64,000 nt of DNA from Octopus vulgaris. Lineage: Eukaryota. Positions 19,527 to 39,388 of the stretch are shown here, piece after piece; the stretch's first letter is position 1, and each line of letters starts with the position of its first letter. The DNA lies in NCBI GenBank assembly GCA_951406725.2, contig OX597820.1:114452001-114516000 (forward strand), in the 5' to 3' direction. The notes under the pieces were generated by a model. It saw nothing but the letters and a program-made list of their open reading frames with translations. It had not been told where the DNA came from and made no database searches. A program made the position numbers and the translations under genes.

Positions 19527-20043
19527 TCTATATATATAAAACTGTAGTTGTGTGAGTGTCTGTCCCCTTCGATTTAGATTCCTAACTACTCCCACATTTT
19601 GCGGTGCAGTTTAACCAAATTTGGGTATCTTGTAGTCGTGATTCATATCGAGTCCGTCTGAGCATTAGCGCGCGTTTACACTGAGTCTACAATTTTAAAA
19701 ATAATTGAACATCATTTTTTATTCCATTTTAATGCATAATTTTTCGTGTGTCGATGGCGGCGGAGTTGGCGTCCACGCTCAAACACCTGCACCTGTGTTT
19801 GCTTCTCCCCCTTCTTCCCTCCCTCGTGAAGCTGTGGGGAAGGGAGTTTAAGGAAATCAACGTCGTAATGCGTTGTCAAGGAGACCAGCGTTCTTTTAGA
19901 ACAACGACTTCATGGCTTGAAGATACCAAAACAGAAATGGCTAAGAAAGCCCGAATTGGCATCTATAAAGGAAGTAACTCTCTAAAAATGCTTACATAGT
20001 TATTTCCCTTACAAACCCGAGCAACGCCGAGCGATACTGCTAG
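19527..20043 (+). mobile_element. Non-autonomous Helitron
   Basis: Begins A|TCTATATATATAAAA and ends cccgagcaacgccgagcgatactgCTAG|T, with no TSD. Confidence 0.85.
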
Positions 20044-20080
20044 TATATATATACATATATATTCATATACATATACACAC

Positions 20081-20111
<31 letters not shown>

Positions 20112-20184
20112 CACACATACATATACATATATATACATATATATATATACACACACATACGTATACATATACATATATATATAT

Positions 20185-20231
<47 letters not shown>

Positions 20232-20350
20232 TACATATATATATATACATATATATATATACACACACATACATATATATATATACATATATATATATAT
20301 ACACACATACATATATATATATATATATACATATATATACACACACATAC

Positions 20351-20383
<33 letters not shown>

Positions 20384-20659
20384 CACACATATACATATAT
20401 ATACATATATATACACACATACATATACATATATATACATATATATACATACATACATATACATATATATACACACATACATATACATACATATATATAC
20501 ACACATACATATATATATATACATACATATATATATACACATACACATACATATATATACATATATATACACATACATATACATATACATATATATATAT
20601 ATATACACACATACATATACATATACATATATATATATATATACACACATACATATACA

Positions 20660-20691
<32 letters not shown>

Positions 20692-20692
20692 C
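20044..20692. repeat. TA/CA microsatellite
   Basis: Alternating tract. Confidence 0.97.
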
Positions 20693-21467
20693 TTTGATAC
20701 TTTGATAGGTTTCGGCCATTATTGGCCCAGGCCATGTCTAACTTAATAGCACCACCTGGTGAAGTGCTTTCAAGTCAGAATTTGGGCACTATGGCCCACT
20801 CAAGTAGAGAGTTATTGTTTACAGAGACATATCCGGGTGTAGGGGGTTTATCCGGGATTTCTTGAAGGAATCTGTCCAAAGACTTCTTGAACCCTATAGG
20901 GTCAGTTTCTGTTTTAATGTGTTTTGGTGTAATGTTAAAGAGAGCGGGGCCAATTGAGGTGAAATAATTGTGCCGTATTGTTGTTATGAGATGAGAGTGC
21001 GATTTTTGTTTTGGGCGGATGGCACGGGGCCCAAGCCTTGGATGTACCTTAAAGGTGATGCCAACATCATTTAGGCAATGCTGATGGAATATTTTCCACA
21101 TCATGCAGATGATGTAGCGCTCACGACGACGTTGGAGAGAATAAAGTTTTAACTTTTCTAGTCGACACCAATAGTCGAGGCCTGTCATGCAATCTATCTT
21201 TTTTGTGATTGCCCTTTGAGGTGCTTCAACTTTTATGATACTTTTTTTGTGATTGCCCTTTGAGGTGCTTCAACTTTTATGATACTTTTTGTGTGGGGAG
21301 ACCACAGTGGACAACAGTATTCAAGGTGGGGTCGGGCAAAAGTGGAGAAGAGAAGGATAATGGTGTGGATATCTCTCGACTGGAAAGTTCTGAGAATCCA
21401 GGAACACATTCTGCGGGCCATGTCAACTTTGGTGTTTATATGAGTGGCCCAGCTTATGTTGTTGAAA
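20693..21467 (-). mobile_element. CR1/L2-group LINE 3' fragment (family C)
   Basis: [32 protein letters not shown]. Tail is (tatcaaag)n. Internal ~43-bp tandem duplication at ~21199-21285. Confidence 0.9.
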
Positions 21468-21468
21468 C

Positions 21469-21537
<69 letters not shown>

Positions 21538-21553
21538 TATATATACATATATA

Positions 21554-21882
21554 AGGTAAAGACCTCCTTCGGTCATGAATGACCGTGGGATTGCACCTAG
21601 AAAGTTACCCTCCTAAACACAAGTCCGGGCAAGGTTGTTTATGGAAGACCAGCAGTCGCCCATGCATACCAGCCTCCCCTCTCCACACGACCAGTGTTAT
21701 CCAAGGGAAAGACAAAGGTCGATACAGCTTGGCACCAGTGACTTCGCAACTCATTTCTACAGCTGAGTGAACTGGAGCAACATGAAATGAAGTGCCTTGC
21801 TCAAGAACACAACATGCAGTCCGGGATTGAGCTCACAACCTCACAATCATAAGCTCGACGCTCTAACCACTGAGCCATGCGC
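21554..21882 (-). mobile_element. tRNA-derived SINE (family 2)
   Basis: Minus strand has the tRNA-like head ggcgcatggctcagtggttagagcg..agctcaatcc, followed by a CORE-like cttgagcaaggcactt motif. Confidence 0.75.
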
Positions 21883-21895
21883 CTTCACATGCGCC

Positions 21896-22106
21896 TATAT
21901 ACATATATATACACATATATACATATATATATACATATATATACACATATATATATATATATACATATATATACACATATATATATATATACATATATAT
22001 ACACATATATATATATATACACATATATATACACATATATATACACATATATATATATATACACATATATATACACATATATATATATATACACATATAT
22101 ATACAC

Positions 22107-22138
<32 letters not shown>

Positions 22139-22158
22139 ATATATATACATATATATAT

Positions 22159-22199
<41 letters not shown>

Positions 22200-22559
22200 T
22201 ATATATACACATATATACACACATATATATATATACACATATATACACACATATATATATATATACACATGTATACACATATATATATATATACACATAT
22301 ATACACATATATATATATATACACATATATATATATATATACACATATATACACATATATATATATATACACATATATACACATATATATATATATACAC
22401 ATATATATATATATACATATATACACATATATATATATATACACATATATACACATATATATATATACACATATATACACATATATATATATATACACAT
22501 ATATACACATATATATATATACACATATATACACATATATATATATATACACATATATA

Positions 22560-22593
<34 letters not shown>

Positions 22594-23606
22594 CACATAT
22601 ATATATATATATACATATATACACATATATATATATACATATATACATATATACACATATATATATATACATATATACATATATACACATATATATATAC
22701 ATATATACATATATACACATATATATATACATATATACATATATACACATATATATATATACATATATACATATATACACATATATATATATATATACAT
22801 ATATACATATATACACATATATATATATATACATATATACACATATATATATATATATATACATATATACACATATATATATATACATATATAAACACAC
22901 ATATATATATATACATATATATACACATATATATATATATACATATATATACACATATATATATATACATATATATACACATATATATATATATACATAT
23001 ATATACACATATATATATATATATACATATATATACACATATATATATATATATACATATATATACACATATATATATATACATATATATACACATATAT
23101 ATATATACATATATATACACATATATATATATATACATATATATACACATATATATGTATATACATATATATACATATATATGTATATACATATATATAC
23201 ACATATATATATATACATATATATACACATATATATATATACATATATATACACATATATATATACATATATATACACATATATATACACATATATATAC
23301 ACATATATATATATACATATATATACACATATATATATATATACATATATATACACATATATATATATATACATATATATACACATATATATATATATAC
23401 ATATATATACACATATATATGTATATACATACATATATATACACATATATATGTATATACATATATATACACATATATATATACATATATATACACATAT
23501 ATATATATATATACATATATATACACATATATATATATATACATATATATACACATATATATATATATACATATATATACACATATATATATATATACAT
23601 ATATAT

Positions 23607-23667
<61 letters not shown>
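21896..23667. repeat. TA/CA microsatellite
   Basis: Alternating tract. Confidence 0.98.
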
Positions 23668-23670
<3 letters not shown>

Positions 23671-24860
23671 CATCATCATCATCATCATCATTTAGCGTCC
23701 GTTTTCCATGCTAGCATGGGTTGGACAGTTCAACTGGGGTCTGGGGAGCCCGAAGGCTGCACCAGGCCAGTCAGATCTGGCAGTGTTTCTACAGCTGGAT
23801 GCCCTTCCTAACGCCAACCACTCCGAGAGTGTAGTGGGTGATTTTATGTGCCACCGACACAGGTGCCAGACGAGGCTGGCGAACGGCCACACTCGGATGG
23901 TGTTTTTATGTGCCACCGACACAGGTGCCAGACGAGGCTGGCAGACGGCCACGCTCGGATGGTGTTTTTATGTGCCACCGACACAGGTGCCAGATGAGGC
24001 TGGCGGACGGCCACGATCGGATGGTGTTTGTTACATCCCCAAAGCACGGAGGCCAGTCTATGCGGTACTGGCTACGGCCACGTTCACGTTCGGATGATTT
24101 TCTTGTGTGCCACCGGCACTGGTACCACAAAGATACAAATTCTATTGATGTTCATCTATTTTGATTTGTTTTGATTTGATTTTGATTTTCACTTGCCTCA
24201 ACAGGTCTTCACAAGTGTCACAAGAAGGAAGGTAAGCACAGGTGGACTGACTACGTCCCAGGTAGGGGCCACGGGTTATGGCCTGACTAGTCTTGCCGGG
24301 TCTTCGGATGGTGTTTTTATGTGCCACCGACACAGGTGCCAGATGAGGCTGGCGAACGGCCACGATCGGATGGTGTTTGTTACGTGCCAACAGCACGGAG
24401 GCCAGTCGATGCGGTACTGGCTACGGCCACGTTCGGATGGTTTTCTTGTGTGCCACCGGCACTGGTACCACAAAGATACAAATTCCATTGATGTTCCTCT
24501 ATTTTGATTTGATTTGATTTGATTTTCACTTGCCTCAACAGGTCTTCACAGGTCTTCGCAAGTGTCACAAGAAGGAAGGAAGGTATGCACAGGTGGACTG
24601 ACGACGTCCCAAGTAGGGGCCACGGGTTATGGCCTGACTAGTCTTGCCGGGTCTTCGGTTGGTGTTTTTATGTGCCACCGACACAGGTGCCGGATGAGGC
24701 TGGCGAACGGCCATGATCGGATGGTGTTTGTTATGTGCCCACATCACAGAGGCCTGTCGATGCAGTAGTGGCTACGGCCACGTTCGGATGGTTTTCTTGT
24801 GTGCCACCGGTACTGGTACCACAAAGATACAAATTCCATTGATGTTCATCTATTTTGATT
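23668..24860 (-). mobile_element. RTE-LINE 3' UTR/tail with nested tandem repeats
   Basis: (GAT)n tail and ccatgctagcatgg palindrome as at ~40380. ~60-bp units and ~340-bp units are repeated. Confidence 0.75.
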
Positions 24861-29685
<4,825 letters not shown>

Positions 29686-29843
29686 ATTGATTGATTGATT
29701 CTAGTTTCAGCTCACGAGCTGTGGCCATGTTGGGGCACCGCCATTTGGTGTTGCTACATGGTTTTACTTCACGAAAGCTTCTTAGCAACTGCCATTTGGT
29801 GCATGAGAGAGTTTGATGCAGCTGCCCTCATCTGCACCTCCTC
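29686..29843 (-). mobile_element. 3' terminal fragment of LINE family B
   Basis: Matches 38520-38665 and the reverse complement of 14400-14545. (ATCA)n tail. Confidence 0.85.
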
Positions 29844-29969
29844 AGGGATATAAATAAAACAAGTCTTTTACTTTTCGAGCCTACGCTCTTCAACAGAAAG
29901 ATACACAGAAGAGAAACACGAAGAGAAACAAGGAGAGAAAAAAAATGCGTGCAGAGGCTAGCGAATCAA

Positions 29970-30235
29970 CATACACATATATATATATATACACATCTAT
30001 ATATATATACATATATACATGTATATATACATATATATATACACACACATATATATACAGATGTATAGACATGTATATATATATATACACATATATATAT
30101 ACACACACACACACATATATATATACACACACATATATATATATATACACACATATATATATATATATATACACACACACATATATATATATATACACAC
30201 ACACATATATATAATATATACATATGTATATATAC

Positions 30236-30286
<51 letters not shown>

Positions 30287-30375
30287 CATATGTATATATA
30301 CATACATATATATATATATATACATATGTATATATACATACATATATATATATATACATATGTATATATACATAC

Positions 30376-30406
<31 letters not shown>

Positions 30407-30437
30407 CATATATATATATATACATATGTATATATAC

Positions 30438-30474
<37 letters not shown>

Positions 30475-30705
30475 CATATATATATATATACATGTATATA
30501 TGTATATATACATACATATATATATATATATACATGTATATATACATACATATATATATATATACATACATGTATATATACATACATATATATATATATA
30601 CATATGTATATATACATACATATGTATATATACATACATATATATATATATATATATACATATGTATATATACATACATATATATATATATATATGTATA
30701 TATAT
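29970..30705. repeat. TA/CA/TG microsatellite
   Basis: Alternating tract with catatgtatatatacata units. Confidence 0.95.
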
Positions 30706-30709
30706 AGAA

Positions 30710-30795
30710 GGCAGCGAGCTGGCAGAAACGTTAGCATGCCGGGCGAAATGCGTAGCCGTATTTCGTCTGCCGTTACGTTCCGAGTTCAAATTCCG
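30710..30795 (+). mobile_element. tRNA-like head of SINE family 3, truncated just after the B box
   Basis: gcgagctggcagaaacgttagc..gagttcaaattccg. Homologous to the head of the SINE at 43075-43295. Confidence 0.8.
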
Positions 30796-31041
30796 TCGAT
30801 TGACACTGATATTGAAAAAGTGAAATCAAACAATGATAAATCTCAGAGCGAGTTATAAACCGTAGCGGTAACACATCGTAACGCATATTTGCCATTTGAA
30901 TATGGCTAACCCCTAAGGGTGGATGCTACTGTAGTTTGTAGCCCCAGGAAGATATCTCCTCCAGCTGGCTATAGACACACTATCTGTGCCCTCTCAGTAT
31001 TTGTGAAGGGAAGTCATCCTTGCCGTCTTCAACTTATGATA

Positions 31042-31086
31042 CACACGTACCCGAGTTTCAAGGTATTGACCTATCATCGGCGTGTG
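31042..31086 (-). ncRNA. Minimal type I hammerhead ribozyme (core variant CCGAUGA)
   Basis: Minus strand: cacacg CCGATGA t aggt caat acct t GAAAC tcgg GTA cgtgtg. Confidence 0.65.
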
Positions 31087-31390
31087 ACAATCACAGTTGT
31101 TGACGAGAAGTCAGCTCCCTTCACAAATACATATACTTTTTCCAGTGTCGATTGACACTGATATTGAAAAAGGGAAATCAAACAATGATAAATCTCAGAG
31201 CGAGTTATAAACAGTAGCGGTAACACATCGTGACGCATATTTGCCATTTGAATATGGCTAACCCCTAAGGGTGGATGCTACTGTAGTTTGTAGCCCCAGG
31301 AAGATATCTCCTCCAGCTGGCTATAGACACACTGGAAAAAGTATGTGTATTTGTGAAATGAGCTGACTTCTCGTTGACAACTGTGATTGT

Positions 31391-31435
31391 CACACGCTGA
31401 TGATAGGTAAACACCTTGAAACTCGAGTCCGTGTG
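31391..31435 (+). ncRNA. Minimal type I hammerhead ribozyme
   Basis: cacacg CTGATGA t aggt aaac acct t GAAAC tcga GTC cgtgtg. Stem I 6 bp, stem II 4 bp, palindromic stem III. Predicted GUC cleavage after 31429. Confidence 0.85.
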
Positions 31436-31644
31436 TATCATAAGTTGAAGACGGGAAGGATGGTTTCCTTTCACAAATACTGAGAAGGCACAGATAGTGT
31501 GTCTATAGCCAGCTAGAGGAGATATCTTCCTGGGGCTACAAACTACAGTAGCATCCACCCTTAGGGGTTAGCCATATTCAAATGGCAAATATGCGTCACA
31601 ATGTGTTACCGCTACTGTTTATAACTCACTCTCAGATTTATCAT

Positions 31645-31645
<1 letters not shown>

Positions 31646-31693
<48 letters not shown>

Positions 31694-32431
31694 GTATATA
31701 TATATATGCACATATATATACACACGTATATATATATACATACACATATATATACACACGTATATATATATATACATACACATATATATATACATACACA
31801 TATATATACATATACATACACATATATATACATACACATATATATACATATACATACACATATATATACATATACATACACATATATATACATATACATA
31901 CACATATATATACATACACATACACATATATATACATACACATATATATACATATATATACATATACATACATATACATACACATATATATACATATATA
32001 TACATATACATACACATATATATACATATATACATACATATACATACACATATATATACATATACACACACATATATATACATATATATACATATACATA
32101 CACATATATATACATACACATATATATACATATACATACACATATATATACATATACATACACATATATATACATATACATACACATATATATACATATA
32201 CATACACATATATATACATATATATATATATATACACATACATACATATATACACACACATATATACATACACATATATATACATATATATATATACACA
32301 CATATACATACATATATACACACATACATCTACATACACACATACATCTACATACACACATATACATATACATACACACATATACATATACATACACACA
32401 AATACATATACATACACATATATATACAGAC

Positions 32432-32476
<45 letters not shown>

Positions 32477-32922
32477 TATATATATACACACATATACATA
32501 CATATATACACATATATACATACATACATACACATATATACACATATACATATATACATATATACATATACATATATACACACATATATACACATATACA
32601 TATACATATATACATATACATATATACATACATACATATATACATACATACATATATACAGACATGTATATATATATACATACATATATATATACACACA
32701 TATATATATACAGACATATACATATATATACACACATATACATACAGACATATACATATATATACACACATATACATACATATATATATATACACACACA
32801 TATACATACATATATATATATACACACACATACATACATATATATATATACACACACATACATACATATATATATATACACACACATACATACATATATA
32901 TATATACACACACATACATACA

Positions 32923-32958
<36 letters not shown>

Positions 32959-33024
32959 CACACACACATACATACATATATATATACACACACATACATA
33001 TATATATATACACACATACATACA

Positions 33025-33060
<36 letters not shown>

Positions 33061-33255
33061 CACACACATACATATATATATATATATACACACACATACA
33101 TATATACACACATATATACATACATACATATATATATATACACACACATGTATATATATATACACATATACATACATACATATATATATATATACACATA
33201 TACATACATACATATATATATATATATACACACACATGTATATATATATACACAT

Positions 33256-33286
<31 letters not shown>

Positions 33287-35960
33287 CACACACATGTATA
33301 TATATATACACACACACATGTATATATATATACACATATACATACATAGATATATATATATATACACACACATGTATATATATATATACACATATACATA
33401 CATGCATATATATATATATACACACACACATGTATATATATATATATACACATATACATACATGCATATATATATATATACACACACATGTATATATATA
33501 TATACACATATACATACATACATATATATATATATACACACACACATATATATATATACACATATACATACATACATATATATATACACACACATGTATA
33601 TATATATACACATATACATACATACATATATATATACACACACATGTATATATATACACATATACATACATAGATATATATATATATACACACACACATG
33701 TATATATATATATACACATATACATACATACATATATATATACACACACATGTATATATATATACACATATACATACATACATATATATATACATACATA
33801 TATATATACACACATATACATACATACATATATATATATACATACATATATATATATACACACATATATACATACATACATATATATATACACACATATA
33901 CATACATACATATATATATACACACATATATACATACATACATATATATATACACACATATATACATACATACATATATATATACACACATATATACATA
34001 CATACATATATACATACATACATATATAGATACATACATATATATATATACACATATACATACATACATATATATATACACATATACATACATACATATA
34101 TATACACATATACATACATACATATATATATACACATATACATACATACATATATATACACATATACATACATACATATATATATACACATATACATACA
34201 TATATATATATACACATATACATACATATATATATACACATATACATAGATATATATATATACACATATACATACATATATATATATACACATATACATA
34301 CATATATATATACACATATACATACATATATATATACACATATACATACATATATATATATATACACATATACATACATATATATATATACACATATACA
34401 TACATATATATATATACACATATACATACATATATATATATACACATATACATACATATATATAAACACATATACATACATATATATATATATACACATA
34501 TACATACATATATATATATATACACATATACATACATTATATATATACACATATACATACATACATATATATATACACATATACATACATAATATATATA
34601 TACACATATACATACATACATATATATATACACATATACATACATACATATATATACACATATATACATACATATATATATACACATATACATACATATA
34701 TATATACATATCATACATATATATATATACACATATACATACATACATATATATATACACATATACATACATATATATATATACACATATACATACATAC
34801 ATATATATATACACATATACATACATATATATATAACAATATAATACATATATATATACACATATACATACATATATATATACATATACATATATATATA
34901 TAACATATACATACATATATATATATACACATATACATACATATATATATATACACATATACATACATATATATATATATACACATATACATACATATAT
35001 ATATATATACACATATACATACATATATATATATATATACACATATACATACATATATATATATATACACATATACATACATATATATATATATATACAC
35101 ATATACATACATATATATATATATGTACACATATACATACATACACATATACATACATACACATATATATACACATATACATACATACACATATATATAC
35201 ACATATACATACATACACATATATATACACATATACATACATACATATATACATACACATATACATACATATATATATACACATATACATACATATATAT
35301 ATACACATATACATATATATACACATATACATATATATACACATATACATACATACACATATATACACATATACATACATACATACACATATATATACAC
35401 ATATACATACATATATACATACACATATACATACATACATATATATACACATATACATACATACATATATATATACATACACATATATACATATATATAT
35501 ACATACACATATACATACATACATATATACATACACATATACATACATACATATATATACACATATACATACATATATATACACATATACATACATATAT
35601 ATACACATATACATACATACATATATATATATACACATATACATACATACATATATATATACACATATACATACATACATATATATATACACATATACAT
35701 ACATACATATATATATACACATATACATACATATATATATACACATATACATACATACATATATATATACACATATACATACATATATATATACACATGC
35801 ATACATACATATATATATATATACATATATACATACATATATATATATATACATATATACATACATATATATATATATATACACATATACATACACATAT
35901 ACATATATATATATACACATATACATATACATATATATATATATATACATATATATATAC

Positions 35961-36040
<80 letters not shown>

Positions 36041-37605
36041 GTATATATGTATATATACACATATACATACATATATATATATATACACATATACATACAT
36101 ATATATATATATACACATATACATACATATATATATATATATATATACATATATATACACATATACATACATATATATATACACATATACATACATATAT
36201 ATATACACATATACATACATATATATATATACACATATACATACATATATATATACACATATACATAGATATATATATATACACATATACATACATATAT
36301 ATATATACATATACATACATATATATATATATACACATATACATACATATATATATATATACACATATACATACATATATATATATATACACATATACAT
36401 ACATATATATATATACACATATACATACATACAATATATACACATATACATACATACACATATATACACATATACATACATACACATATATATACACATA
36501 TACATACATACATATATACATACACATATACATATATATACACATATACATATATATACACATATACATACATACACATATATATACACATATACATACA
36601 CATATATATACACATATACATACATACATATATATACATACACATATACATACATACATATATATACACATATACATACATACATATATATATACATACA
36701 CATATATACATATATATATACATACACATATATACATACATATATACATACACATATACATACATACATATATATACACATATACATACATACATATATA
36801 TACACATATACATACATATATATACACATATACATACATACATATATATACACATATACATACATACATATATATATACACATATACATACATACATATA
36901 TATATACACATATACATACATACATATATATATACACATATACATACATACATATATATATACACATATACATACATACATATATATATACACATATGCA
37001 TACATACATATATATATACACATATGCATACATACATATATATATACACATATGCATACATACATATATATATACACATATGCATACATACATATATATA
37101 CACATATGCATACATACATATATATATACACATATACATACATACATATATATATACACATATACATACATACATATATATATACACATATACATACATA
37201 CATATATATATATATACACATACATACATATATATATATACATATATACATACATATATATATATACACATATACATACATACATATATATATACACATA
37301 TACATACATACATATATATATACACATATACATACATACATATATATACACACATATATATACATACATATATATACACACATATATATACATACATATA
37401 TACACATATACATACATACATATATATATATACACATATACATATGTATATACACATATACATAAATATACACATATACATATATATATATACACATATA
37501 CATATATATACACATATACATACACATATATATATACACATATACATATATATACACATACATATATATACTCATATACATTATATATATATATATGTAT
37601 GTATG
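31646..37605. repeat. 6-kb compound TA/CA/TACA microsatellite
   Basis: Alternating tract. ~22-26 bp units such as cacatatacatacatacatatatatata. Confidence 0.98.
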
Positions 37606-37787
37606 TAAGATGTACCAAGTGTAAGCTTGTAAGTATATATATATGTGTGTATATATGTATATGCACATAAGAGGTGCAGTAATATCAAAGGATGGCTAAC
37701 TGGGAAGATAGTTTTTGTACGTGGCAGATGCTCGGGAGGGATAAACACTGGAAATTGGTAGTTGAACTAATTGGTAGTTGAGCTTGC

Positions 37788-38201
37788 ATGTCCAAGACCA
37801 TCATATATGAAGCTACCGTAAACTCTATAACCACTAAAGACACCGTTTCGACTAAGAAATACGTGGGCCTTACAGAGGGTAATTTCAAGGCCAGGTTCAA
37901 TAACCACACTTTGAGCTTTAGGCACTGGAACAAAAGAAAAGCGACACAATTGTCTAATCATATTTGGTCTTTAAGAGATAAAGGTGTCGATTATAACATA
38001 CAATGGAAGATTTTGGCCAGATGTAAGCCCTATACCAACGGCAGCGGAAGGTGCGGTCTATGCGACACGGAGAGATGGCTTATCTGGAAAAGCAGCTTAG
38101 ACCCTACTACATGTCTAAATACAAGGACAGAGCTTTTCGGATCATGCCCACATGTGACTAAATTTCTGTTACGTTTTTGGTCCCCTAAAGAAAACAGATA
38201 G
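37788..38201 (+). mobile_element. Penelope-like element, C-terminal GIY-YIG endonuclease fragment
   Basis: IIYEA..KYVGLTEGNFKARFNNH..LSNHIW..CGLCDTE..LNTRTE..CPH. Confidence 0.8.
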
Positions 38202-38514
38202 AACATGCTTTCTATGTTATGTCCCAAGAAGAATTAATAAATTTTTATATATTTTTTATGTATTTTTATATAATTTTAATGACGAAAAATGCGAGCGATG
38301 TATAAGTACGCAGGCAAGCAGAGTTATAACACAGTAATTTCCCTTTATTTAACGCTATTTTTTCATAGCGTTTTCAAATAGCCAGATAACCAAAGAGATG
38401 GTGTTGTGGATTTCCACTTCGGCATCTGAAACTCAGAGTTTTATCTTGACTACCAAGTAATGTAACATATTATTGTATAGATGATGATGATGATATATAT
38501 ATATATATATATGT

Positions 38515-39388
38515 TTATGTTTTCCAGTTTCAGCTCTTGAGCTGTGGTCATGCTGGGGCACCGCCATTTGGTTTTGCTACATGATTTTACCTCACGAATG
38601 CTTTTTAGCAACTGCCATTTGGTGCATGAGAGAGTTTGATGCAGCTGCCCTCATCTGCACCTCCTGCCGTGAAGTTGGTTCATCCTGGACACCTGACAGG
38701 AAGAGATCCAGTCCTATTTTAAAGACATCCGCATCCACCCCATACAGGTCCCTCAGGTTCTTCGGGAGGATATTGAAGAGCTGTGGGCCTCTGAAGCCCA
38801 GGCTATCACAGTATCTTGTCCTACATCTTGATGGCAAATTTGGAGTCCTTGGCACCACGCAGTGGCGCCCAGTTCTGGCATTTGTGTAACTCTCGATGCC
38901 AAAGTTTGGGACAAGTCCTTCCAGATGTATATTATGGCATATCTTTCTCGCCTACGCTCCAAGGAATATAGTTTTAATCTCTTGAGTCTTTCCCAGTATC
39001 TTATATGCTGCACAGAGGCTATCTTCTTCGTGTAGCTTCGCTGGATCGCCTCAAGTTCTGTGATCAACTTGACACTGGATGGTGACCATAGCTGAGAGCA
39101 ATAGTCTAAGTGGCTTAGGACAAGTGTCTTCCAGAGGACCATCATGGTTTCTTGTTCTCTTGTTCTAAAGGTTCTAAGAATCCATCTGGCCAGCCGTATA
39201 CATTTCATTGCCAGTTTAGCAACATGCACATGAAAGGTTGCGTTATCGCTCATGTAAATACCCAGGTCACGCACTGATTGTGCCTCTGGGATTGCGATCC
39301 CTCCGAATCCAGTGTATTCATTGGGTATTGCATTCAGTTTTGCATGCTGATAGCATAAAGCTTGAAACTTTTCAGCATTGAACTGCAT
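38515..39388 (-). mobile_element. CR1/L2-group LINE 3' fragment (family B)
   Basis: [25 protein letters not shown] and LERRRERY. Family B 3' tail. Confidence 0.92.

Larger units (their letters stand above)
30795..31645. mobile_element. Hammerhead-bearing 352-bp repeat (retrozyme or Penelope pseudo-LTR): 1.5 direct copies plus one inverted copy
   Basis: gtcgattgacactg recurs at 30795 and 31147. ~31330-31645 is the reverse complement of ~30832-31146. Confidence 0.8.

Noticed and set aside
23836-24860. Regularly spaced repeats that look CRISPR-like
   Set aside because: Inter-repeat sequences are also repeated (no unique spacers), there are no cas genes, and the context is a eukaryotic RTE 3' UTR.
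30919-31558. Two similar ORFs [11 protein letters not shown] on opposite strands
   Set aside because: They are a by-product of the inverted repeat, start at non-ATG codons and show no recognisable domain.
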